In this document: one piece after another, positions 53,811 to 63,518 of the stretch
How positions within the stretch are numbered: the stretch's first letter is position 1
Layout: the number at the start of each line of letters is the position of its first letter
Assembly (NCBI GenBank): GCA_963726455.1
Contig: CAVSCK010000005.1
Location: forward strand, 64,973-128,972
From: an uncultured bacterium
Lineage (GTDB): Bacteria; Zixibacteria; MSB-5A5; CAIYYT01
Length of the DNA stretch: 64,000 bases
Direction of reading: 5' to 3'
Made by a program: the position numbers and the translations under genes
Notes under the pieces: model-generated
Database searches by the model: none
What the model was told of the DNA's origin: nothing
What the model saw: only the letters and a program-made list of their open reading frames with translations

Positions 53811-56800
53811 CTAACACCCTGCACACGGCGCCGGTCCACCGGCGAAGATGTACTGTATCAGATAGACCACGTCTGAGATGTCCACCGCCTGATCGCAATT
53901 GGCATCACCGGCCGCAATCGGATTCGGCGCTTGCCCGCCGGCGAAAATATACTGAATGAGAAAGACAGCATCCGAGATATCAATTGCCCCGTCACCGTTG
54001 GCATCACCGCAAAGGTAAGTCGGCACAGTTTCGTAGATGGTCAGGAACGTATCAGCAGGAATCGACGTAAATACCCGAACGGTATCAGAAGGCCAGCGAG
54101 CAATCAGAGAGTCGATCATCGTGTTCGACCCCAGTCCGAATGCGGCTATCGGCGGGCTCTGATTCCATCCCCCGGAAACCGTCGTGATTTCGCGAATCTG
54201 CTGCTTGCCTCCAGCAACGATGCGGACTCGCGCTCCGATGCTATTCTTGTTGGATGTCGTGCCGACAAGTTTCGCCTGCAGCCAATGATTATTGTCGCCA
54301 ATCTCGTTTCGAAGGAGCCGACTGCGGCAATTGTATCCGTACATATTCGACAGGTAAATGTCCAGATCGCCGTCGCGATCATAATCGGCCCAGACGCCAC
54401 CCCGACCGGTGCAACCCAAATCGGTAAGAGGATTGATCAGGTTTCCGGTATAGGCCACGGCAAAGTTACCGCTCCCGTCGTTGCGGAAGAGCTTGTTGGC
54501 TTCATTGGAACCGTTCGTTACGAAAAGATCCAAATCACCATCATTGTCGTAATCGCCCCACGCACAGCCCTGCGTGTAATCCCAAGCAGTCATCACGGCG
54601 GGCGTCACGTCCGTGAAGACTCCGTTCCCATCGTTACGAAACAACTTGTCGCTCAGCCCCGACCAGTAGACGGCAACAAACAGGTCGAGATCTCCGTCGT
54701 TGTCATAGTCGCCCCAATCCGCTGCGAAACTATGGGAGGCAATCGCCAGAGCTGGAGGTGTGACGTCGGTAAAGGAGCCGCCGTCATTGCGCAACAGTCT
54801 GTTCGGACCGTTGAAGTTTACGATGAATACGTCGGGGTCATTGTCGTTATCATAGTCGGCCCAAGTCGACATATGAGTACTAAACGTATCTCCCAGGGGG
54901 CCGCTAGTAGCGTCAACGAATGTTCCAGCGCCGTCGTTACGAAACAGCTTATTCGCTGAAGTCAGTTGCGATAGATACAGATCGAGGTCACCGTCCGTGT
55001 CGTAGTCGACCCAGGCGGCACCACTGCCATTGTTAGCATCATTTAGAGGCGCGCTGGAAACATCTGTAAAGGCGCCTCCGCCATCGTTGCGATAAAGCTT
55101 GTTAGCTCGGCTATCGTTGCGGGAGACATAGATGTCGACATCTCCGTCGTTGTCGTAGTCGCCCCAGACTCCGACTATTCCAGTCGCCGCAGCGCCCATG
55201 CTATTTGGAGTAACCTCCACGAAAGAGCCGGCATCATTCCTGAACAGATGGCTGGAGTCCGGGTCGTACATCTGCGTCAGTAGAAGATCGAAATCGTTAT
55301 CATTATCGTAATCCGCCCATGCTGCCGACGAGATTGAGCCGTATCGTGACAAAACTCTGGGAGTGACGTCGTTCCATTCTGGCGGTGCTGAAATGAATGG
55401 AAACGCGGCCAGCAAATTCGGTCTGCCGCCGATGTTCCCAGCCGGAGGCGTGACTTGTGCCGTAGCGGTATTTTTGAGAACCGTGCGCAGAATCGCTGGA
55501 GTGAGGGTCCCGCCCAGTCCGCCGACTCCCTTCCAGCGGCCCACACAGCACGCCACTGCGCCGGCAACAATTGGAGATGCGCTTGACGTGCCCGCGAAGA
55601 CGCTGGTGTATGCGTAATCAGTGCCATCGGCATTGTACAGATCTCCATAACCCGTGGTCACGACGTTCTCGCCCCAACCTTGAAGATCATAGCGAGTGCC
55701 GTAGCTGGCAAACGACAGTCGCTGCAGGTCGCCTTCCACATACGTGCCACCCGGATAAACACCACTTGCTCCGACAACAATTGCTCCCGATCCATTTGGA
55801 TGCCAGTTGAGCATGTCAGTATCATAGGCGCCATTTCCGCCGGCTTCGACCACATGAATCCCGTTTGTTACCGCGTTTACAATGGCGGTGAAGACGGGAT
55901 TCCATGACTGATTGTTCACGTCGCCCCACCATTCTATGGGGATATAAGACCCTCCGCCGTAGTCCCATTGCTGTTCGAGCAGGATAATATCGCCGGCATT
56001 CAGGCTGGCAGTCGCCAGCGCAATGGCGCCAGCAACATTCCAGCTCGGCGTGGGACTTCCATAGTAAGTGCCGCATGTCTTGAGATTCGCACCGTAGCAG
56101 ATTCCGGTAGTGCCCCAGCCGTTATTGTCCGCGACCATAACTCCGATGACGGCAGTCCCATGATCGTCGTCGCTGAAAGGATCGACGACATTGCTGTTTA
56201 TCTGCGACCCCACTACCTTACTGATGTCTGCATGATTGTAGTTCCAGCTATATTCCAGGTCACAGACCGTGACCCCGGAACCGTTACCCCCTGTTTGCGT
56301 CCACGCGTATTGCGCATCAATCCCCACCGGAGCTGAACTCGCCGGACGCATGTATCGCTGGCCGGTGTCATAAGGGGGCGGTATCATCGGCAGCATCATT
56401 GGTTTGGGAACCGGACGCGCCCACATGATTTCGGGTAGAAACTCGAGATCGCGGCAGAGCCCCCAAAGATCATGGCCTTTGCCAAGGCGTAATCGGTAGA
56501 TGTTGTTGAGATTGTACACCGGCTGTCCCGAGTTCTGCTCGCCTACGGCTTGCATCTCATCGAGCTTCTCCTCCGAAACATTGCACGTGCGCTGCCATTC
56601 GACCGGCCCCACCGCGGCAAGCGTGCTCAACACGGAACTCAGGGACCTACCAGTAATATCCACCGGCACTCCCAGTCGTAATCTTACAGTCAGGTATGGC
56701 TCGAAGATCACCTCGATAAGGTCATCTTCATGTCCATATTCTCCGACGGCCTGCCTGCTCACCGACTGCGGCCCGACCGCCAGTGCCTCCGGATCCACGG

Positions 56801-56909
56801 CGATACTATTTCCGAAAGTCGGGGTGATAATCACGAGCCCTACCAGGAACGCCGCCACCAGTGAGCAGACGTGCGGAACTGTTGACCTGCAATTCACAAT
56901 AACCTCCAT
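53811..56909 (-). CDS. secreted S8 subtilisin-like serine protease with FG-GAP/VCBS repeats, ASPIC/UnbV-like domain and dockerin-like tandem module
   Basis: Signal peptide from ATG 56909 (alternative start 57035); S8 triad regions (VTVCDLEYSW, DDDHGTAVIG, GTSSASPIVAG); multiple WGDYDNDGDLDLFV repeats; C-terminus [26 protein letters not shown]...[32 protein letters not shown]. Confidence 0.85.
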   Translation of the reverse strand: MEVIVNCRSTVPHVCSLVAAFLVGLVIITPTFGNSIAVDPEALAVGPQSVSRQAVGEYGHEDDLIEVIFEPYLTVRLRLGVPVDITGRSLSSVLSTLAAVGPVEWQRTCNVSEEKLDEMQAVGEQNSGQPVYNLNNIYRLRLGKGHDLWGLCRDLEFLPEIMWARPVPKPMMLPMIPPPYDTGQRYMRPASSAPVGIDAQYAWTQTGGNGSGVTVCDLEYSWNYNHADISKVVGSQINSNVVDPFSDDDHGTAVIGVMVADNNGWGTTGICYGANLKTCGTYYGSPTPSWNVAGAIALATASLNAGDIILLEQQWDYGGGSYIPIEWWGDVNNQSWNPVFTAIVNAVTNGIHVVEAGGNGAYDTDMLNWHPNGSGAIVVGASGVYPGGTYVEGDLQRLSFASYGTRYDLQGWGENVVTTGYGDLYNADGTDYAYTSVFAGTSSASPIVAGAVACCVGRWKGVGGLGGTLTPAILRTVLKNTATAQVTPPAGNIGGRPNLLAAFPFISAPPEWNDVTPRVLSRYGSISSAAWADYDNDNDFDLLLTQMYDPDSSHLFRNDAGSFVEVTPNSMGAAATGIVGVWGDYDNDGDVDIYVSRNDSRANKLYRNDGGGAFTDVSSAPLNDANNGSGAAWVDYDTDGDLDLYLSQLTSANKLFRNDGAGTFVDATSGPLGDTFSTHMSTWADYDNDNDPDVFIVNFNGPNRLLRNDGGSFTDVTPPALAIASHSFAADWGDYDNDGDLDLFVAVYWSGLSDKLFRNDGNGVFTDVTPAVMTAWDYTQGCAWGDYDNDGDLDLFVTNGSNEANKLFRNDGSGNFAVAYTGNLINPLTDLGCTGRGGVWADYDRDGDLDIYLSNMYGYNCRSRLLRNEIGDNNHWLQAKLVGTTSNKNSIGARVRIVAGGKQQIREITTVSGGWNQSPPIAAFGLGSNTMIDSLIARWPSDTVRVFTSIPADTFLTIYETVPTYLCGDANGDGAIDISDAVFLIQYIFAGGQAPNPIAAGDANCDQAVDISDVVYLIQYIFAGGPAPCAGC

Positions 56910-57113
56910 GCAAATAGACAGTATCACGGTCAATCCGTCCGGCAGACGGCTCGATCGCGTGCCCCTGTAGTAGTTGTTGTCAGCAGAGATGTCGTTGTCT
57001 ATGTTAAAGATACTGCCCTTACGGAGAAATGTCAATTGGAAAAGTGGAGTCGCGGGTACTGATTGCCGGTTCTTCTAACCGTTGATTGGGCATTCGGTTG
57101 CGCTCATAGGCAC

Positions 57114-57143
57114 TAAAAAAAGAGGCGACACCGCGTCGCCTCT
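57114..57143 (-). terminator. rho-independent terminator downstream of the sigma factor gene
   Basis: AGAGGCGAC / GTCGCCTCT stem; on the minus strand followed by TTTTTTT. Confidence 0.8.
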
Positions 57144-57170
57144 TCTAATACTAAACTCTTTAGCTGTGGG

Positions 57171-58025
57171 TCAGGTCAGATACGCCCGCAAACTTCGTGA
57201 GCGCGAGGCGTGCCGCAACCTCCTTATGGCTTTTTCTTTTATTTGTCTTACTCGTTCGCGAGTTAAGTTAAAGCGGGCGCCAATCTCTTCCAATGTTAGT
57301 GCCTTCTCATGATTCAGGCCAAAGTATAGATTGATCACCTCCGCCTCGCGGGGAGTAAGAGTGTCAAGCGCTTTTTCGATCTCCACTCTCAACGATTGAT
57401 CGAGTAAAGCTTCATCGGGAGCCGGTTGGAATTCATCCTCGAGCACATCGATCAGGCTGTTGTCCTCGGACACCGAAAACGGCGCGTCCAAAGACAGATG
57501 CGAATTGGAAATCTTCAGAGTGTCGGATACTTCCGCTTCCGAGAGTTCCAGTTCGTGCGCGATTTCCTCCGGCGATGGTTCACGTCCGTATTCCTGCTCC
57601 AACGACGACGACACCTTGCCAATCTTGTGCAACGTGCCGACGCGATTGAGCGGAAGACGAACAATGCGCGACTGCTCGGCCAACGCCTGCAGAATCGCTT
57701 GCCGGATCCACCAGACCGCGTACGATATGAACTTGAATCCGCGCGTCCAGTCGAAACGCTTTGCCGCCTTGATCAGTCCGATGTTCCCCTCGTTGATCAA
57801 ATCCGCCAGCGACAGACCCTGGTTCTGATACTGCTTGGCGACGCTCACCACGAAACGCAAATTGGCCTTGGTTAGTGCTTCCAACGCCGATTGATCGCCT
57901 TCATGGATTCGCTTCGCCAGGCGTACTTCCTCCTCTGCGTCGATCAACGGCGTTTCGCCGATTTCGCGCAAATAGAGGTCCAGCGACCTGTCTTCATCCC
58001 GATACTTTTTGGACTGTCTCGCCAA
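57171..58025 (-). CDS. rpoD: RNA polymerase sigma-70 family factor, short Bacteroidetes-type primary sigma (no region 1.1)
   Basis: 284 aa with regions 1.2, 2, 3 and 4 ([14 protein letters not shown]; [13 protein letters not shown]; C-terminal HTH). Whether it is the primary sigma cannot be proven from this window. Confidence 0.7.
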   Translation of the reverse strand: MARQSKKYRDEDRSLDLYLREIGETPLIDAEEEVRLAKRIHEGDQSALEALTKANLRFVVSVAKQYQNQGLSLADLINEGNIGLIKAAKRFDWTRGFKFISYAVWWIRQAILQALAEQSRIVRLPLNRVGTLHKIGKVSSSLEQEYGREPSPEEIAHELELSEAEVSDTLKISNSHLSLDAPFSVSEDNSLIDVLEDEFQPAPDEALLDQSLRVEIEKALDTLTPREAEVINLYFGLNHEKALTLEEIGARFNLTRERVRQIKEKAIRRLRHASRSRSLRAYLT

Positions 58026-58112
58026 GTCTACTCCGTCCTCATGTTAAAGTTAGACAAAATGCCACCTGTCTCCTCCTCTGAACAGGTCGGACCAAAGATC
58101 ATTGCTCTATCA

Positions 58113-59637
58113 CTAATTGGGCTTAATCGCAAAATACTTCACATTGCCTTTGTAATCGTAACCGATCATCGCTATCGCCTTCGTCCGCCCCTGCAACTGC
58201 GACTTGATACGGTCGAAATCACCGGCCGTCTTAATCGTTTCGTGATTGATCTCGAACAGGATCGTGCCGGGCGTAATGCCTTCGATATCTGCCGGACTCC
58301 CCTGATCAACACCAACCACCATTACACCATCGTGGAAGTCAACGCCGTACTGGTCGGCCAAGTTCTGACTGGCAGTCTGTATCGACATTCCCAGCCAACC
58401 GGCATCGACCGACTGTTGATCGTTACGGGTTGGGCGCTGCGGCATCGTTCGCTGGGCCTCTGCCATTCCGGCGTCCCGGTCACCGATCGTGACCTTCACG
58501 TCCGTCGGCCTGCCCTTGCGATATACTTCCAAATCTATCACACTTCCCGAATGTTCACTGGCAACGAGGTAACGGAAATGGTTCTGGTCTTCGACATTGA
58601 CGCTATTGAATTTCGTGACGATGTCGCCGTCATGCAATCCGGCTTGCTGCGCCGGCGAATCCGACCTTACCTGCTCGATCAGCACGCCGCGCGGACTCGG
58701 CAATCCGTTCGCCTCGGCCATGTTGTTGTCGATATCTTTCAGCGTCACGCCCAGCCAGCCACGTTCGACTTTGCCCTTGGTCATCAGGTCGGTCACCACC
58801 GATTTGACGAAGTTAGACGGAATCGCAAAGCCGATCCCCGCCGATTGCCCGGAGGAGGACGCGATAGCCGCATTAATGCCGATCACATAGCCGTCAAGAT
58901 TGACCAGCGGCCCTCCTGAGTTACCAGGGTTGATCGCTGCGTCGGTTTGTATATAGTCCTGAAAATCAGGTGTGTCTTCACCGAAGTTTAGACCCCTGCG
59001 ACCCTTCGCCGATACCACACCCACTGTCACCGTGCGGTCGAGTCCCTGTGATGGGAACGGATTACCTATCGCCATCACCCATTCGCCTACTTTGATCGAG
59101 TCGGAGTCTCCCAACTCAATGTATGGATAACCGCTGCCGGGTATCTTCAGAGACCGCCAGGTCGCTCGCAGCATCCTCGCCCACTATCTTCGCTTTGACA
59201 TCGGAACGATCCGCCAGCGTAATGGTCACATCCCGAGCACCTGCAATTACATGGTGGTTGGTCAGAACATAGCCGTCTTCCCTAAAGAAGAAACCGGTGC
59301 CCATCGACACCTCGCGTGGATTATCACCTTGCCAACCCCAAAACTGCATCCACCGACGCTGCGACGGGGTAAGCTGTTCGACCCGTTCGGCGCGGATGTT
59401 AAGCACGGCATCGCGTACTTTCTCCACCACTCCGACGAACGGTGATTTGCCTTCCTGGGTAATCGGATAGATTGATTTGGGAGCAGGCGTAGCGCGGGCG
59501 AACTGCGTTTGGCTGGCCGCGGTGTTGACCCAACCGGTGTTGCTGGAGATAACAAAGCCGATTACGACACCAACCAATACAAATGACAAGATTACACCCC
59601 AACGTCTAAGCGAGGAATAAACGGACACACCCTTCAC
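58113..59637 (-). pseudogene. htrA: HtrA/DegP serine protease (two PDZ domains), interrupted by one frameshift
   Basis: ORF 59116-59637 has the N-terminal protease half with His (TNHHV); ORF 58113-59174 has Asp, catalytic GNSGGPL and two PDZ domains; frames meet at ...SDLAV / [10 protein letters not shown] near 59150-59165. Confidence 0.8.
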
Positions 59638-59980
59638 TACGACCTCCTAAGCGATAGACCAGTATTATAGCCAAATTGGGACCGAAAGTCAAGCGAATTA
59701 TCACATGTTCTCATCGTCTGCGCAGACTATCCTAGCAAGTCTGAAATCCCAAATAGCGCCAATTTCCGTCTAAGCGGAAATCCCAAGACTATCATTAGTA
59801 CGCTCTTACACCCTTGGCGTTGCAAGTTTCTGCCTATTTGACAGTCTCTTTCTGCAAACAGGTCTTGCTTGCGGTCTGGCTGTACAGGAGCTCCGGCAGA
59901 CCGAAAGCGACCGTAAACGTCCGCCCAGAAGGAGTGACTCAGGATATCTAAAGGGGATTAAGAACCGCCCGACGGCGGAA

Positions 59981-62152
59981 TTACGATTTTACCGTAAAGT
60001 GGTAGGCGCGGGAGTCAAGATTCCCCAGCGAGAAATACAGCCCCTCACGAAGTTCCTCTGTGGTCGTGATGATTTCCTCATCCGTAAAAACATCAACCAT
60101 ATTTACTTTTGTCCCACGGTAGCCGTATGCCTTAAGGTCAACCTGCACAACTACTTTAGTAGCACCGGATCGTGTGCGCCGGAATGGCTGTGACGGCGAG
60201 GAATTAAGCAGGTAGAACATCCCACTCTTCTCCCCCTTGTGGATGACAGCCCGTACACTCGGGTGGGAAGTCTTGATTCTGAACGATACGCCGAGATCAG
60301 AAAGTATGCTCTTCAGGAAACTGATCTTGGCATGGTTGCCCTGGGACGAGCAATCGAATGACAACAAAATGATAGTTCCCTTGAAACGATTTATCCGTAT
60401 TCCCACGGTCTTGCCGGAATAGGTCGCCAGCTTCTTGCTCTTCTTCTCGGTCGAAACAATCGAACCGTAGACATAGCCCGGGAATTCTTCTTCGCCGGCG
60501 ACGACATTGCCAATCTTGCCGAGCGGTTGCGTCTTGCAGTGAATGGCGCTGGCCAGAACCTGGCAGTTATCCAAGTTGGAGTCGTACTTCGGCAGCAATC
60601 CGACTAGAATCAAATTCGTGCCTTCTCTTGCCTTCTCCAGCAGGAACTCTTGCTTGTCGGCATCCATGATCTCGCTTACGGGGACGACAACATTTTTGAG
60701 TTTGTCGAACGAAAGCGGATTATCGAGGTCGGGAATCACAAAGTCCTGCTTGATCCGGTCGAGGTCTCTTCCCAGTTCCGGCATGGTGAAATCGTTCAGC
60801 GTCTGCACGTAGCCGAATGGGCCGGCGTCCTCCAACAATGAAACCCAATTGTGCACCTTGTAGCAGGCCATGCCCAGCGAGGTTTGCGGCTCATAGGCGC
60901 CGATATCGGTTTGTGTCGTGAAGGTCATCAACTTGCGCACGATTTCGTAAGATTCCTGGATAGCGCCGTCCGCTCCCAGAGGCGAATCATACCAGTTTTC
61001 GGACTCCACGAACTTGTACTGATTGAATCCCTTGATCCCACCGGCCAGTCCCAGAGTGAGCAGATATTTGGTCGCATCACCGGATATATGGAAATGCTTT
61101 TTCGATGTCGTCGAGTCAGAGGTGCTATTGCCGACCGACACGGATGATCCCCACGGGAACTCCGAATTGGCACGCAGATAGCGAATCTTTTGCAAAGTAG
61201 CCGCCGAGGTGCGGTCCCAACCGATACTCACCGTCGGGAAGATTTCGCCATCGGAATCGATTATCGGCGTCATTGGCGCCTGGAACGATTTGTGAAACGC
61301 CAACGTCTGATAGAACAACGGCTCACAGGAATAGCTCTTATACTGCTCGATGAGATGTGCCGCGTACTCTTTAATCAGATGTTCTTTGAAACGGAACCAG
61401 TCCAGAAGCTTCGTCAACGGCCGATCTTTGGAAATGATAAAATCACGCGGCGGCTGCACCGACGCAAAATCAGCTGCGCTTTCACCGTAGGCAAGATTAA
61501 GCTTCTTGATAGTCTCGTACCGCTTCTCCAAGAACTGCGGATAAAGAGTGGTGACAACATAGGGGTTGTAGTCGGACTTCCATGGATAGGGATCGCCGCC
61601 GAAGTAGTTGCCCGCGTCCAACTCCACCAGGAACAACGGACCGCGCGGGTAGATGTAATTTTTCACGATTTCCGTCAGCCCGTTGAAATAATGCTTAACG
61701 AAATTCTCCATGCGAGGATGCATATTCGAGGGGTACGAAAATTCGGGCAGGCCGTTCTGCAGATCCGTCAAGGTGAGGGCGCCTTCGGAATCGAGCGAAA
61801 AGATCTCCGGATACTTGGATAAGAAAATCGGCAGTCCGCCATTTTCCACTTCGGCCAGAACCATCGGCCCGGGGCGCAAGATGATCTTAAACCCGAATTC
61901 ACGAGCCAGTTCGATAAACACTATCAAATCCTTGGCAGGATCAGTGTAACCTGAGAAATCAAACTCGCGGCGAATATCTTCGTGGATCGACCAGGGAACG
62001 GCAGTCGAAATGACCTTGAAGCCGGCGCGACGGATGCGCTCAAAACAAATCGACCAATAACGCTTACTTACCCTAAAGTATTGCATCTCAACGCAATAGG
62101 GCAAGTATTCCTCTTTGCCGATTGTAAATTTATGTCCCGTTACTGCTATCAT
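59981..62152 (-). CDS. glycoside hydrolase family 35-like beta-galactosidase (cytoplasmic, no signal peptide)
   Basis: N-terminal TIM-barrel region VPWSIHEDIRREFDFSG...ILRPGPMVLAEVENGGLP follows the GH35 pattern; the region looks more AT-rich than its surroundings. Confidence 0.7.
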   Translation of the reverse strand: MIAVTGHKFTIGKEEYLPYCVEMQYFRVSKRYWSICFERIRRAGFKVISTAVPWSIHEDIRREFDFSGYTDPAKDLIVFIELAREFGFKIILRPGPMVLAEVENGGLPIFLSKYPEIFSLDSEGALTLTDLQNGLPEFSYPSNMHPRMENFVKHYFNGLTEIVKNYIYPRGPLFLVELDAGNYFGGDPYPWKSDYNPYVVTTLYPQFLEKRYETIKKLNLAYGESAADFASVQPPRDFIISKDRPLTKLLDWFRFKEHLIKEYAAHLIEQYKSYSCEPLFYQTLAFHKSFQAPMTPIIDSDGEIFPTVSIGWDRTSAATLQKIRYLRANSEFPWGSSVSVGNSTSDSTTSKKHFHISGDATKYLLTLGLAGGIKGFNQYKFVESENWYDSPLGADGAIQESYEIVRKLMTFTTQTDIGAYEPQTSLGMACYKVHNWVSLLEDAGPFGYVQTLNDFTMPELGRDLDRIKQDFVIPDLDNPLSFDKLKNVVVPVSEIMDADKQEFLLEKAREGTNLILVGLLPKYDSNLDNCQVLASAIHCKTQPLGKIGNVVAGEEEFPGYVYGSIVSTEKKSKKLATYSGKTVGIRINRFKGTIILLSFDCSSQGNHAKISFLKSILSDLGVSFRIKTSHPSVRAVIHKGEKSGMFYLLNSSPSQPFRRTRSGATKVVVQVDLKAYGYRGTKVNMVDVFTDEEIITTTEELREGLYFSLGNLDSRAYHFTVKS

Positions 62153-62285
62153 AATAAAAACAGGCGTACAATTTATGCAAAATGGACAATAAGTCAACCA
62201 AATAAATGTATATTGCCGACAATTCCCTCCAATTCGATATACGGCAATACATTAGAGACTTCGCACCATGGCTGCCATTTTGGCA

Positions 62286-62321
62286 TAAAAAAAGCTCCTC
62301 GTGACAGATCACGAAGAGCTT
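62286..62321 (-). terminator. rho-independent terminator downstream of the 62341-63330 gene
   Basis: Imperfect stem AGCTCCTCGTGA / TCACGAAGAGCT; on the minus strand followed by TTTTTTTT. Confidence 0.7.
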
Positions 62322-62340
62322 AATTTAGAATTTCTGCTAA

Positions 62341-63330
62341 TTACTTCAACAGTAACATCTTCTTAGTTTCGGTGAAGTCTCCTGATGACATGCGATAGAG
62401 GTAGACACCGGAGGCCACCGAAGAACCATTCTGGTCGTTGCCGTCCCATTCGACGCGTTTGTAGCCGGCTTTCTCGTAATCGTCAAGCAAAGTCCTGACC
62501 TTCTGGCCAAGCATGTTGAACACTTCAACTTTCACATTGCCGGATTTGGGAATCGCAAACTGAATTGTGGTCGAAGGGTTGAACGGATTGGGCACATTCT
62601 GGCTCAACTCATACTTCGTCGGAAGATTCAAATCAGCATTGCCTTCCACCGGTAACGCGATGTCGCATGGAGGAGTGAACTGCTTGCACATGGCGAATTT
62701 CGGGGTAGACTTCTTTGTCACTGTGTTGGACGCGGAGACGCCCGGTACTGGGGGCAAAGTCCAGGGAAAGATATTGGTCTCAATGAACGGGCCGGCAGGC
62801 GGATACAAAGAGACTGAGTCCAGCCGTACCACTTGCCGAACGGTGTCAATCATCTTGATGATTATACTGCCAAGATATTGTCCGGTATCACCGGTACAGG
62901 CCGGAATAGGGGATTCACCCGAAAAGTCAGCCCAACCGAACAAGAGTGAGTCTCCCGCCGCCGACACCTTTAATTGCATGGAGCCGCCGAACAGGATGGC
63001 ATTATTCTTTTTGAAGTTCTTGCTGAACTTGAGTTGTTGACCGTTCTGCCTCACTCCGAAATTGAACCCGCCAACGGGGTAATCGTTAAACAGATAGACC
63101 GGTACGTAGAAAGAATCGCCCTTGGAAGTCGGCGAAAACGTTATACAGACGGGGCATCCAATTCGAAGCGTATCGCAAATACCCAGATCCAACTCCTTCA
63201 AGTTGGTGCTGTCGGCGTCCGCGATGCCTCCGTGTACCACATAGCACGTGTCGACCGCGTAGACGCTGGCGCCCGGCACCACCGCCGCAACCGATAGCAC
63301 GAATAGCACTAGCAAAACCTTCAACTTCAT
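62341..63330 (-). CDS. secreted protein with candidate cohesin-like domain and T9SS C-terminal sorting domain
   Basis: ATG 63330 with GGAGG upstream; signal peptide; cohesin-like segments GDSFYVPVYLFNDYPVGGFNFGV and LFGWADFSGESPIPACTGDTGQYLGSIIIKM; C-terminus NVPNPFNPSTTIQFAIP...GVYLYRMSSGDFTETKKMLLLK. Confidence 0.55.
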   Translation of the reverse strand: MKLKVLLVLFVLSVAAVVPGASVYAVDTCYVVHGGIADADSTNLKELDLGICDTLRIGCPVCITFSPTSKGDSFYVPVYLFNDYPVGGFNFGVRQNGQQLKFSKNFKKNNAILFGGSMQLKVSAAGDSLLFGWADFSGESPIPACTGDTGQYLGSIIIKMIDTVRQVVRLDSVSLYPPAGPFIETNIFPWTLPPVPGVSASNTVTKKSTPKFAMCKQFTPPCDIALPVEGNADLNLPTKYELSQNVPNPFNPSTTIQFAIPKSGNVKVEVFNMLGQKVRTLLDDYEKAGYKRVEWDGNDQNGSSVASGVYLYRMSSGDFTETKKMLLLK

Positions 63331-63518
63331 TTTACCTCCTATGTAGGGAAACATATTCCATTCACTGCCTGACCTTCGCATTCCAATCTCTCCTTCCTAC
63401 CGCGTCAAGGATAACAGCGTTATACCTTAACTTTCTCCACTACCCACGAACGCAAAGTATTCCGAATATATATCCGTTTCCGAAACTCCAGTCAACAATT
63501 TTTTCAAAAATAATTGCC

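Noticed and set aside
53931-54959. 342-aa plus-strand ORF opposite the S8 subtilase gene
   Set aside because: Antisense to a frame with subtilase and FG-GAP motifs; no independent support.
46027-57035. The repeated 3' cassettes and tandem paralogs as possible insertion sequences or a mobile element
   Set aside because: No transposase, integrase, terminal inverted repeats or target-site duplications; the repeats are in-frame protein modules of secreted enzymes.
57891-58919. 342-aa plus-strand ORF spanning the sigma factor / htrA junction
   Set aside because: Overlaps two well-supported minus-strand genes and their intergenic region; no motifs.
59638-59980. Possible tRNA or small RNA in the 340-bp gap after htrA (repeated GAAATCCCAA motif)
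   Set aside because: No cloverleaf-compatible arms or T-loop GTTC motif found by eye; only a short direct repeat. Left uncalled pending a covariance-model scan.
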